From: Vulcanimicrobiota bacterium
GTDB lineage: Bacteria; Vulcanimicrobiota; Xenobia; Xenobiales; JADMJV01
Assembly: GCA_019637395.1 (NCBI GenBank)
Contig: JAHBVR010000002.1
Coordinates: forward strand, 69,495-133,494
Direction: 5' to 3'
DNA: 64,000 nt
In this document: one piece after another, positions 8,662-17,361 of the stretch
How positions within the stretch are numbered: position 1 is the first letter of the stretch
Layout of the letters: each line of letters begins with the position of its first letter
Made by a program: the position numbers and the translations under genes
Notes under the pieces: model-generated
Database searches by the model: none
What the model saw: only the letters and a program-made list of their open reading frames with translations
Told to the model about the DNA's origin: nothing

Positions 8662-10400
8662 AGAAAATGTTCGCGGTCTTACAGCAAATCGGGCGCTCCC
8701 TGATGCTGCCGGTGTCGGTGCTGCCGGTGGCGGGCATTCTGCTGGGTGTGGGCAGCGCCAAGTTTAGCTGGATGAATTCGTTGCTGGCCACCGTGATGGA
8801 GAAATCAGGGGGCGCTATTTTCTCGAATTTGCCGTTGATTTTCGCCATCGGCGTGGCCCTGGGCTTTGCCAACTTCGACGGAGTGGCGGCGGTGGCGGCC
8901 ACGGTGGGGTTCTTCGTGCTGATTTCCACCATGGGCGTGATGGCCGAATTCCGCCATCTACCCGAGGTCATGATGGCCAACGTGGATGGCATCAAGACGC
9001 TGGAGACCGGTGTTTTTGGTGGTATTCTGATCGGCTTGCTGGCCGGCAATCTTTTCAAGCGCTATTATCGGATTGAATTGCCGGCTTACCTTGGCTTCTT
9101 TGCCGGCAAGCGTTTCGTGCCCATCATCACCGGCGTTTGCTCGCTGATTCTGGGTATCGTGATGAGCTTTGCCTGGCCGCCCGTGCAGGGGCTCATCAAT
9201 GAGTTTTCGGATTTTGTGGCCAATCGCAACCCGGCTCTCTCAGTGGCTATTTACGGAGTCGTGGAGCGCGGATTGATTCCGTTTGGTCTCCACCACATTT
9301 GGAACAACCCGTTCTTCTTCACTATTGGAAGCTTTGTCAAAGATGGCCAGACTTATCACGGCGACATCACCCGCTTTATGCAGGGCGATCAGACGGCCGG
9401 TATTCTAGGCGGCGCCTACCTCTTTAAAATGTGGGGACTACCGGCGGCGGCCATCGCCATGTGGCACAGCGCCAGGCCGGAGCGGCGCAAAGAAGTGGGC
9501 GGCATCATGATCTCGGCCGCCTTTACCTCGTTTTTGACCGGCATTACCGAGCCTATCGAGTTTTCGTTTCTCTTCGTGGCGCCCTTGCTTTACGGAATTC
9601 ATGCACTGCTGGCCGGCAGCGCCTTCTTCGTGATGTATGAAATGGGCGGCCGGCTGGGCACGACTTTTTCCCATGGCTTGATCGACTACGTGGTGCTTTA
9701 CGCCAAGTGCGTCAACCCTTATCTAGTCTTCGTGTTGGGGCCGCTCTACGCGGTCATCTATTACCTGGTGTTTCGCGCCGCCATCCGGGCTTTCAACCTG
9801 AAAACGCCGGGCCGTGAGGATGAAGTGGCGGCGGCCGCCGCTACCGGCGAAGCCGGGGGGCTGGCCGCCGCGGTGCTGGAAGCCCTGGGCGGGCCCGGTA
9901 ATCTGGCCGCGCTGGATGCCTGCATTACGCGCCTGCGCGTCACCGTCAAATCCATGCCGGCGGTCAAGGTTGACGTGCTCAAGCAATTGGGGGCCACCGG
10001 AGTGATGGTGGTGGGCGACAGCCTGCAGGCCATCTACGGCACGCGCTCGGAGAATATCAAAACCGACATCGAGGCCATCATGGCCGGCCGGGGTCAACTG
10101 GTGATGGCCAAGCCCGCCGAGCCGGCGGCCGAAGCGGCTGTGAGCAATGACGCTCCGCCGTTGCCGGGCGAGCAGGCGGACAAGTTGCGCCAGGCCCTGG
10201 GCGGTCAGGACAACGTCCTGGATAGCTCGCAAGTGGCCGTTACCCGCCTGAGAGTCCGCCTGCGCAAGTCCGACCTGCTCAAGAAGACTCTGTTGCAGGA
10301 GCTGGGGGCCCGCGACGTGCAGGATCTGGGCGGCGATGTTTTTCACGTGCTGGTGGGGCCGGAAAGCGCTCGTTGGAGCAAAACACTGGAGGTCAAATGA
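8658..10400 (+). CDS. PTS glucose/N-acetylglucosamine-family EIICB permease with an extra C-terminal EIIB-like domain
   Basis: EIIC motifs (GITEPIEFSFLFVAPLLYGIHALLAG) and an EIIB domain with the catalytic Cys (LDACITRLRV). A second EIIB-like repeat lacks the Cys (QVAVTRLRVRL). ATGA overlap with the upstream EI gene. Confidence 0.85.
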   Translation: MKKMFAVLQQIGRSLMLPVSVLPVAGILLGVGSAKFSWMNSLLATVMEKSGGAIFSNLPLIFAIGVALGFANFDGVAAVAATVGFFVLISTMGVMAEFRHLPEVMMANVDGIKTLETGVFGGILIGLLAGNLFKRYYRIELPAYLGFFAGKRFVPIITGVCSLILGIVMSFAWPPVQGLINEFSDFVANRNPALSVAIYGVVERGLIPFGLHHIWNNPFFFTIGSFVKDGQTYHGDITRFMQGDQTAGILGGAYLFKMWGLPAAAIAMWHSARPERRKEVGGIMISAAFTSFLTGITEPIEFSFLFVAPLLYGIHALLAGSAFFVMYEMGGRLGTTFSHGLIDYVVLYAKCVNPYLVFVLGPLYAVIYYLVFRAAIRAFNLKTPGREDEVAAAAATGEAGGLAAAVLEALGGPGNLAALDACITRLRVTVKSMPAVKVDVLKQLGATGVMVVGDSLQAIYGTRSENIKTDIEAIMAGRGQLVMAKPAEPAAEAAVSNDAPPLPGEQADKLRQALGGQDNVLDSSQVAVTRLRVRLRKSDLLKKTLLQELGARDVQDLGGDVFHVLVGPESARWSKTLEVK

Positions 10401-11029
10401 AGAAGTTTTTCGTAGCCGCCGCGCTGCTGCAGGGCGTGGCCGCGGCCGACCCGCTGGGCGAGGCGCTGGCCAGCTATTCCGCTATCTCCGAAGGCAAGGT
10501 CACCTTCCAGCTCAAGGTCGAGGGGATGGTGTGGACCCAGAATTCCACCCTGGCTTTCCGCCGCCCCGACCGCATGCATTACTGGGCCGAAACCAAATAC
10601 CCCGAAGGGCCGCCGCTGGTGGTGCACTGCTGGCTGGAGGGCGGTAAGCTGTGGAATTGGACCAGCCGTGTCGGTGATTGGCAGGATGCCCAGCAGAACG
10701 GATACAACAGTGAGGATTTCCCGGGTGGGCTAAAAGATGCGCCCACCAGTCCCGCTCTGGGTCCCGGCAACTTTCTGCTGCTGCTGCTTTCCGGTTCCCG
10801 CCAGGACTTCGAGCTGGAGCCTTCCAAAGCCAAGGAACCGGATATCTGGTGGAAGGACGGCGAAAATCAACTGGTGCTCGACCCGGCTACCAAACTGGTG
10901 AAAGAGATCGTGGCCTGGCACAGCGGCAAAGACGTGGCCCACGCTCAAGTGCAAACTGCGCCCGGGCCGGTGCCGGATGCTGAATTGACCTGGAAGATGC
11001 CGGCCGACTCGACGATTATAAAGGAATAG
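10397..11029 (+). CDS. Hypothetical periplasmic protein (signal peptide MKKFFVAAALLQGVAAA)
   Basis: ATGA overlap with the EIICB stop; the N-terminal signal peptide gives an exported soluble protein. No recognisable family. Confidence 0.5.
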   Translation: MKKFFVAAALLQGVAAADPLGEALASYSAISEGKVTFQLKVEGMVWTQNSTLAFRRPDRMHYWAETKYPEGPPLVVHCWLEGGKLWNWTSRVGDWQDAQQNGYNSEDFPGGLKDAPTSPALGPGNFLLLLLSGSRQDFELEPSKAKEPDIWWKDGENQLVLDPATKLVKEIVAWHSGKDVAHAQVQTAPGPVPDAELTWKMPADSTIIKE

Positions 11030-11684
11030 GTTCGGGGGTTTTCGGGGCCAGCAGGCGGCAGGCCAGCCAGCACAGTCCCACCACCAGCGCGTCGGCCACC
11101 AGCACGTAAAAAGGCCAGGGACCGAGGTAGTCGAGCGGTGAGCCGGCTGGCGGCTTGAGCATCAGGTAACCGTAATTCCAGTTGAACAGGTAATCCAATC
11201 CGCCCACCAGCAAAATCCACAGTTGCAGGCCCCAGGCCGCGCCTTTCCAGGAGTCGCGGCTCAGCCGATAGCCCTGGCCGCCCTGCAGGTGGGCCAGCAC
11301 CACGAAGATCAGGCCGTGTCCCCAGAAGAATTCGAAGTAGCGGTAGTGGGGAAAATCATGGGGCAGATCGGGAGTGATCAGGGCCCAGATGCTGCTGGTC
11401 CATGAGAGCAGATGGATGCACTCGAAAGTGATCTGACTGCGCCGCTCACAGAGCAGGTAACAGGCCGCGAAAAGAATGAAGTCGCACAGGTGGAGCGGCA
11501 GGCAGGTGGCCAACGAGAGCTGGCTCCAGCGCCAACTGTAGGCGATCACCATATAAGCGATCAAATTGAGCAGCAGAAAGCGGTCGATCGCTTTCCGCGA
11601 CTGCCTTCCCCAGCGGCTCAGCAGCAGGCAAGCCAGCCAGATTCCGGCCAGCCCGGCCAGGTGCGTCAACCCAAACCAGCTCAT
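11016..11684 (-). CDS. Hypothetical integral membrane protein (about 6 TM helices)
   Basis: Likely start is the internal Met (MSWFGLTHLAGLAG...) at 11684; the longer ORF-track N-terminus runs into the REP-like repeat. Multiple hydrophobic segments. Confidence 0.5.
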   Translation of the reverse strand: MSWFGLTHLAGLAGIWLACLLLSRWGRQSRKAIDRFLLLNLIAYMVIAYSWRWSQLSLATCLPLHLCDFILFAACYLLCERRSQITFECIHLLSWTSSIWALITPDLPHDFPHYRYFEFFWGHGLIFVVLAHLQGGQGYRLSRDSWKGAAWGLQLWILLVGGLDYLFNWNYGYLMLKPPAGSPLDYLGPWPFYVLVADALVVGLCWLACRLLAPKTPEPIPL

Positions 11685-11724
11685 GCCCCGACCTTCGATT
11701 CTTTTCCTTTGGCAACCTCCGGTT

Positions 11725-11805
11725 TCCGGCCTGCCACAGGTGATGGCCCCTGGGTCTGGCCGCCACGGATGGTGTGTCTTGCCGACCACAGGTGGTGGCA
11801 GCCCC
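11725..11805. repeat. REP-like palindromic intergenic element, copy A (core GCCGCCACGGATGGTGTGTCTTGCCGACCACAGGTGGTGG)
   Basis: Shares the ACCAC-RG-GTGGT palindromic core and flanks with the elements at 15686-15925 and 46209-46325. Confidence 0.7.
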
Positions 11806-11843
11806 GGGCAGGACACCCCTTTCCTGATCGGAAAGGGCTATCC

Positions 11844-12551
11844 ATGGATATTCAGCGCAGAAGCTTTTTGCAGGGCCTGGCCAGCCTCGGCCTGGCCGCC
11901 ACCTTGCCGACGCTGGCCCAGGCCGCGGCCGCTCCCGGATTCACCGTACCTGACCTGGGCTACGGTTACAATTCTCTCGAGCCGGTGATCGACACGCTCA
12001 CCATGCAAATTCATCACGACAAACACCATGCCGCCTACGTAAAGAACTTGAACGAGGCCATCGCCAAGAACCCGGGCCCATGGAGCAACTGGACAGTGGA
12101 GCAACTGCTGACAGGCCTTTCGGAGTTACCCCTGTCGCTGCAGTTGCCAGTGCGTAATAACGGCGGCGGCCACTATAATCACAGCTTGTTTTGGAAATGG
12201 ATCGGTCCGCCCAACACCTCGAATGTTCCTGGCGACTTGAAGAGCGCTCTGGAAGACAAGTTCGGTTCCTGGCAGAAATTTCAGGAACGCTTTCAGGAAG
12301 CGGCCATGACCCGCTTCGGCAGCGGTTGGGCCTGGCTGGTCCTGGAAAAAGGTGGGAACCTGGCGGTGCGCTCGACCGCCAATCAGGATTGCCCGCTGCT
12401 GGAAGGTCAGACGCCCCTTTTGGGGTTGGATGTCTGGGAACACGCCTACTATTTAAAATACCAGAATATGCGCAAAGACTATGTGGACAATTTCTGGAAG
12501 ATCGTGCGTTGGGAAGAAGTCGGGCGCCGCTGGCGCGAAGCCAGGGCTTAG
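11844..12551 (+). CDS. Fe/Mn-family superoxide dismutase with a Tat signal peptide
   Basis: MDIQRRSFLQGLASLGLAATLPTLAQA (twin-arginine motif) followed by the Fe/Mn-SOD signatures HHDKHHAAYV and DVWEHAYYL. Confidence 0.85.
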   Translation: MDIQRRSFLQGLASLGLAATLPTLAQAAAAPGFTVPDLGYGYNSLEPVIDTLTMQIHHDKHHAAYVKNLNEAIAKNPGPWSNWTVEQLLTGLSELPLSLQLPVRNNGGGHYNHSLFWKWIGPPNTSNVPGDLKSALEDKFGSWQKFQERFQEAAMTRFGSGWAWLVLEKGGNLAVRSTANQDCPLLEGQTPLLGLDVWEHAYYLKYQNMRKDYVDNFWKIVRWEEVGRRWREARA

Positions 12552-12575
12552 GGCAGGTTCATCGAACCGAGCAGG

Positions 12576-13424
12576 ATGGACGTGCAACGCCTGCGCATCG
12601 GATCCTACAACGTGAAGGACTTCATTGCTCCCTCGCAAGGTAATGGCGTACGCCAGGGCAAGAGCACCCAGGAACTGCGGGCTCTGGCCGGCACCATCAA
12701 AGAGTCCGAATGCGACGTCATTGCCCTGCAGGAAGTAGGCAGCAAAGCGCTACTCGAGAAGTTCGCCAAGGAGCGGTTGGGGGGCGCCTACCAGCATGTG
12801 GCGCTGGTCCCCAGCAACGACAGGAGCGGCCTGAACCTGGCTCTGATCTCGAAGTATCCCATCACCAAAGTGGTCAGCCACAAAAATGACCGCATCCCCA
12901 CCGCTGATGGCCGCGCCACCACCCACTTCACTCGGGATTTCCTGCGCGTCGACTTGGATGTGAATGGCGAAGCCGTGACCGTCTACAATACTCATGGCAA
13001 GGCCCGCCTGGGTGATCCCACCACCGAAGACCAGCGCATCGCCGAAGCCCGGGCCGGGCGCGAGATTTTGCTCAAGGATATGCGGGCCTTCCCTTCCAGG
13101 CTGGTGGTAGTGACCGGCGATTTAAACGACGAAACCCATAATCGTTCGGTGCAGGCCCTGGCCCAAGGCGATGGACAGGGAGTCCAGTTGTTGGATAGCC
13201 TGGCCGACAAACCGCGCTCGCAGCAATTGACCTGGATTGTGCCGGGAATGGACCCCGGCCTGGTGCGCGGCCATCAATTCGACCATGTCCTTTATCCAGC
13301 CGAGCAGAAAGACCGATTCTTAGGCAGTCAAGTGCACTCCGACGCCAAGAACGCGGATGCCGCCTCGGACCACTATCTGGTCAGCGCTGATTTCAAAATT
13401 TCGAAATCGACATCTGCTTTGTAA
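12576..13424 (+). CDS. Endonuclease/exonuclease/phosphatase (EEP) family protein
   Basis: SYNV...ESECDVIALQEV ... TGDLND ... SDHYLV motifs typical of the EEP fold. Confidence 0.65.
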   Translation: MDVQRLRIGSYNVKDFIAPSQGNGVRQGKSTQELRALAGTIKESECDVIALQEVGSKALLEKFAKERLGGAYQHVALVPSNDRSGLNLALISKYPITKVVSHKNDRIPTADGRATTHFTRDFLRVDLDVNGEAVTVYNTHGKARLGDPTTEDQRIAEARAGREILLKDMRAFPSRLVVVTGDLNDETHNRSVQALAQGDGQGVQLLDSLADKPRSQQLTWIVPGMDPGLVRGHQFDHVLYPAEQKDRFLGSQVHSDAKNADAASDHYLVSADFKISKSTSAL

Positions 13425-13501
13425 CCTTCCGTCAACCATCTCTCCCCTCCCGGCGGCTAAGCTGGTAGCAAGATAGATAGAGATATGAGGGAGAACTGAA
13501 T

Positions 13502-14191
13502 ATGTCTGTAGCACCTTTGTCGGGACGTCGTGTCATGATCGATCCCGGTCACGGCGGCCGTTTCCCGGGCGCCATCGGACCCGCCGGCACCAAAGAAAAA
13601 GACGTGGTTCTGGCCGTTTCCAAGATCCTGGAAGCCGATCTGATCGAAATGGGCGCCGAAGTTCGCATGACCCGCTCGACCGACGTGGAAGTCGCCCCGG
13701 GAGCCAGCCTGAGCGGAGATCTCAAAGCCCGCGTAGATCTGGCCAATCAATGGCCCGCTGACCTGTTCATTTCGGTCCACGCCAATTCGGCCGAGAATGC
13801 CGCCGCCAAGGGCACGGAAACATACCACGCCGTGCAGGCCAGTGACCGCTCCAAGACGCTGGCCAAGTTGCTGCAGAAAAGCATGATCGATGACGTGGGG
13901 CTGACCGACCGCGGTGTCAAGGCTTCCAACTTCTATGTGATCAAGAACACCCGGATGCCCGCCTCCTTGGTGGAACTCGGCTTCCTCTCCAACCCGGGCG
14001 AGGAGCAGGTGCTGGCCAATCCCGCTATGCAACTCGTCTTCGGCCACGCGCTTTCTAAGGGCGTAGCCGACTACTTCGCGGTGGAAGCTCACGTGAAACC
14101 GGACGCACCCGTCCAGGTCCCGGGCGACGACCCGGGCGATCTGCTGGCTCCGGGCGACCCCGCTGAGATGCTTTTCGCCGGGAGGGTCTGA
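13502..14191 (+). CDS. N-acetylmuramoyl-L-alanine amidase (Amidase_3 family)
   Basis: IDPGHGG, FISVHANS and TETYH motifs. Confidence 0.8.
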   Translation: MSVAPLSGRRVMIDPGHGGRFPGAIGPAGTKEKDVVLAVSKILEADLIEMGAEVRMTRSTDVEVAPGASLSGDLKARVDLANQWPADLFISVHANSAENAAAKGTETYHAVQASDRSKTLAKLLQKSMIDDVGLTDRGVKASNFYVIKNTRMPASLVELGFLSNPGEEQVLANPAMQLVFGHALSKGVADYFAVEAHVKPDAPVQVPGDDPGDLLAPGDPAEMLFAGRV

Positions 14192-15669
14192 TGCGCGTCG
14201 CTGACGCTCCCAGGCTGAGTTTGCCCGCCCGAGTCGCGCGCCCGCGCGCGTCCAAGGTCGAGCAGCCGGTGGATCAGGTGGAATTGTCTGACCTGGTGGA
14301 AGTCAAGCACCGCCGGGAGTTGCGCGGCGCCTGGGTGGCCAGCGTGTGGAACATCAATTTCCCCAGCAGCTCCAATCTGGATGCCGAGACGCAGAAGCGC
14401 GAGATGCGCCAGATGCTCGACCGTCTCAAGGAATGCGGTTTTAATTCCGTGTTCTTCCAGGTTCGTCCGGAGGGAGACGCGCTTTATCGCTCCGAGCTGG
14501 AGCCGATGAGTCACTACCTGACCGGCAAACAGGGCCAGGACCCGGGCTACGACCCGCTGGCCTATATGGTCGAACAGGCCCATGAGCGTAACCTGGAGGT
14601 GCACGCCTGGCTCAACCCTTATCGGGCCAGTTCCTCGCTGCGCACCGAGCAGGTGGCTCCCCACATCGCCGTGGAGCATCCCGAGCATGTCCACCCCTAC
14701 GATACCACCAAATGGATGGATCCGGGTGCCGAGGTGGTGCGCCAGAAGCTGGTCGACGTTTGCCGTGACATTACCAAGCGCTACGACGTGGACGGAATTC
14801 ACTTCGACGACTACTTCTATCCTTATCCTAAGGACGGCCTCGAGTTTCCCGATCAGAAAACCTACGCCGCCTATCAGGCGGCCGGTGGCAAGCTGGCCAG
14901 AGACGACTGGCGCCGGGAGAACGTCAATCGGGCCGTGCGCGACGTGCAGGCGGCCGTACGCGAAGAAAAGGACTACGTGCGCTTCGGGATTTCTCCCTTC
15001 GGCTTGCCGGCCCCGGACAAGCCGGAAGGCACCTCGGGCTTCAATCAGTATGAGGGCATCTACGCCGACACCCAGAAATGGATGGACGAAGGTTGGGTAG
15101 ACTATCTGGCACCGCAGCTCTACTGGCGCACCGACCAACCCAAGCAGGCTTACGATAAGCTCGTCAACTGGTGGGCCGATCACAGCCAGGAAGGGCGCTA
15201 CATTTTCGCCGGCAACGACCTGCGCGCGCTGGGCACCAATCCCAAGTGGAACGTGGCCGAGTATCGCAAGCAGTTGCAGCTCTCTCGAGCCAAGCATCCC
15301 GAAGGCTCACAGGGTAATATCTGGTGGAACGTGGGACCGCTTCTGGAGAACCGGCAGAACATCAACAGCGTTTTTAAACAGGAGTTTTACCGCGAACCGG
15401 CTCTGACGCCCGCCCTTTCAACGGCCAAAAACCAGCAGGTCAGCGCTCCTGCGCTGACGCAATCCGGGCGCAAGGTGCGCATGACTCACCAGGACGCCGC
15501 TCCGCTCAAGGCCTGGACGGTCTACCGGCAGGTCGGCGAGGAGTGGAAACTCGATCGCGTGCTACCCGGCCAGCAGACGGAAGTGGAACTGTCGGCGGGA
15601 CAATGGGCCATCGCCGCTGCCAGTAAGTCGGGCGTGGAAAGCAAAGGTGTGCGCGTAACCGTGGCCTGA
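14191..15669 (+). CDS. YddW-like glycoside-hydrolase-like (GHL10) protein
   Basis: RGAWVASVWNINFP...GFNSVFFQVRPEGDALYRS...EVHAWLNPYRA motifs of the YddW/GHL10 family. 1-nt overlap with the amidase stop. Confidence 0.7.
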   Translation: MRVADAPRLSLPARVARPRASKVEQPVDQVELSDLVEVKHRRELRGAWVASVWNINFPSSSNLDAETQKREMRQMLDRLKECGFNSVFFQVRPEGDALYRSELEPMSHYLTGKQGQDPGYDPLAYMVEQAHERNLEVHAWLNPYRASSSLRTEQVAPHIAVEHPEHVHPYDTTKWMDPGAEVVRQKLVDVCRDITKRYDVDGIHFDDYFYPYPKDGLEFPDQKTYAAYQAAGGKLARDDWRRENVNRAVRDVQAAVREEKDYVRFGISPFGLPAPDKPEGTSGFNQYEGIYADTQKWMDEGWVDYLAPQLYWRTDQPKQAYDKLVNWWADHSQEGRYIFAGNDLRALGTNPKWNVAEYRKQLQLSRAKHPEGSQGNIWWNVGPLLENRQNINSVFKQEFYREPALTPALSTAKNQQVSAPALTQSGRKVRMTHQDAAPLKAWTVYRQVGEEWKLDRVLPGQQTEVELSAGQWAIAAASKSGVESKGVRVTVA

Positions 15670-15685
15670 ACGCTCGGTTTCAGTT

Positions 15686-15925
15686 GGTGTGTAATGCCGA
15701 CCACGGGTGGTGGCATCCGGTCTGGGGGGCCCGACTTGCCAACCTGGCGGTAACAATTACCGCGGCCTGGCAAGTCTCGTGGTTTCGGAGTGCCGCCACA
15801 GGTGGTGTGTCTTGCTTACCACAGGTGGTGGCCTCCGTCGAGAGCCCGACTTGCCGACCTGGCGGCAATAATTACCGCGGCCTGGCAAGTCTCGCGGTTT
15901 GGGAGTGCCGGCACAGATGGTGGCG
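15686..15925. repeat. Two tandem ~118-bp copies of the REP-like element, each with an internal imperfect hairpin (GACTTGCCAACCTGGCGG-N9-CCGCGGCCTGGCAAGTC) and the ACCACAGGTGGTGG core
   Basis: Direct comparison of 15686-15803 with 15804-15921 shows about 85% identity. The element fills the convergent intergenic space, and all six frames are open across it in the ORF track. Confidence 0.8.
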
Positions 15926-15936
15926 CTCCGGGTCGG

Positions 15937-16134
15937 CTAGCGGACTTTGAGTCCCACAAAAAAGCCGGCGGTCAGTCCCACCAGGCTGGGACTGAGCTGG
16001 GCCAGCATGGCCTGCAGCCACTGGCCGGCACCGCGGCTGCCTTGCTCGATGCCTTCAGAGACCTGCTGCCAGTGCACCGTGATCCAGCCCTGTTGGGCCA
16101 GAAAATAGAGGCCGATCAGCACCAGGCCCAGCAT
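15937..16134 (-). CDS. Small hydrophobic protein (65 aa), possible glycine-zipper membrane peptide
   Basis: ORF with TM-like segments (MLGLVLIGLYFLAQQGW...GLTAGFFVGL). Confidence 0.3.
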   Translation of the reverse strand: MLGLVLIGLYFLAQQGWITVHWQQVSEGIEQGSRGAGQWLQAMLAQLSPSLVGLTAGFFVGLKVR

Positions 16135-16244
16135 GAGCAGAGCGATTTTGGCGGCTCGTTTGGCTGCGTATCCGATGGCGATTCCGGCGATGGTGCCGCC
16201 GCCGAGTTGAGCTAAGGTGGCCTGATTGAGGAAACTGGCGACGT

Positions 16245-16544
16245 CTATGACGGTTTACCCGAGTAGGCGAACGAAGCCAGTCCGGCGCCGATGGCTCCGC
16301 CGACTAGCGTGCCCAGGGCAAAACCAAGGGCCGGATGTCCCATACTGGCACCCCAACGGGTTCCCACGAACATTCCGACCGTGCCGGTCAGCGATGCGGC
16401 CGCCCAAATCTTCTTGCCGATCTTAGGAGGCGGGGAAGTGGCCGGTTGGAACTGATCGGCCGGCTGCGCCTCTGGAGGAGGGGTGGACTGAGGAGCCCGG
16501 CCCGGGATCGAAGGTGGGTTGTTCGGTAGGCGAGAAATTTCCAT
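16245..16544 (-). CDS. Small Pro-rich protein with a C-terminal glycine-zipper TM domain
   Basis: N-terminal PPPEAQPADQFQPATSPPP and C-terminal GTVGMFVGTRWGASMGHPALGFALGTLVGGAIGAGLASFAY. Confidence 0.4.
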   Translation of the reverse strand: MEISRLPNNPPSIPGRAPQSTPPPEAQPADQFQPATSPPPKIGKKIWAAASLTGTVGMFVGTRWGASMGHPALGFALGTLVGGAIGAGLASFAYSGKPS

Positions 16545-16619
16545 AAGGGGAAAAGCTTCGATTTTCGCATCAAGGATCCTTGAAGCGGGGTCAAGATGCC
16601 AACCGCGAAAGGGCGCTCC

Positions 16620-17327
16620 ATGATCAGCGAAAGAATCCGCACCGCCAATGTTTTAGTCGTCGAAGATGACTGGCCCATTCGTCATCTCCTCAAGGTTTCT
16701 TTAAGCGCGCACGCTTATGAAGTCAGCGAAGCCGAGACCTGTAAGGAAGCTTTTACCAGCCTGGCCAAACAGGTTCCTGACTTACTTCTGCTCGACCTGG
16801 GCCTGCCCGATGGTAGCGGAATCGAGCTGTTACGGCGCCTGCGCCAGGAGCATGCCATCCCGGTGATCATCCTTTCCGTGCAAGGAGCGGAAACCACCAA
16901 GATCGAGGCACTTGACCTGGGAGCCGATGATTATTTGACCAAGCCGTTCTCGGTGGATGAGTTGCTGGCCCGCGTGCGGGCCGCCCTGCGCCGCAGCAAG
17001 TCGCTGCACGCCCCCACATTGTTGACCTGTGGCGATCTGGAACTGGATCTCGAGCGCCGGCACGTGACCCTGGCCGGCCACGAGATTTCCCTGACTCCCA
17101 ACGAGTTCTCGTTGTTGATGGCCTTCATGCGCAATCAGGATCGGGTGCTCACCCATCGCCAGTTGCTCAAGGAGGTCTGGGGCGAAGGCTACGTGGACGA
17201 TTCCCACGTGTTGCGCGTCAATGTGTGCAACCTGCGCCGCAAACTTAACTCGCCCGACGGCAAACGTAACTACATCAAAACGGAACCGGGCGTGGGCTAC
17301 CGTCTCTGCCTGCCTCGTCCCGCTTAG
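16620..17327 (+). CDS. OmpR-family response regulator (KdpE-like)
   Basis: REC domain (VLVVEDD...DLLLLDLGLPDGSG...ADDYLTKPF) plus a winged-helix output domain (LTPNEFSLL...YIKTEPGVGYRL). Confidence 0.85.
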   Translation: MISERIRTANVLVVEDDWPIRHLLKVSLSAHAYEVSEAETCKEAFTSLAKQVPDLLLLDLGLPDGSGIELLRRLRQEHAIPVIILSVQGAETTKIEALDLGADDYLTKPFSVDELLARVRAALRRSKSLHAPTLLTCGDLELDLERRHVTLAGHEISLTPNEFSLLMAFMRNQDRVLTHRQLLKEVWGEGYVDDSHVLRVNVCNLRRKLNSPDGKRNYIKTEPGVGYRLCLPRPA

Positions 17328-17361
17328 GGGAATTCCGCGTGCACGTAGAAACAGCCTGAGC

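Noticed and set aside
14089-15297. 402-aa minus-strand ORF
   Set aside because: Antisense to the YddW-like gene. No motifs; high-GC shadow frame.
15790-16215. 141-aa plus-strand ORF spanning the REP-like tandem element
   Set aside because: It lies entirely within the repeat and the convergent intergenic region. Its peptide is repeat-derived (PPQVVCLAYHRWWPP...), and a better small minus-strand gene occupies 15937-16134.
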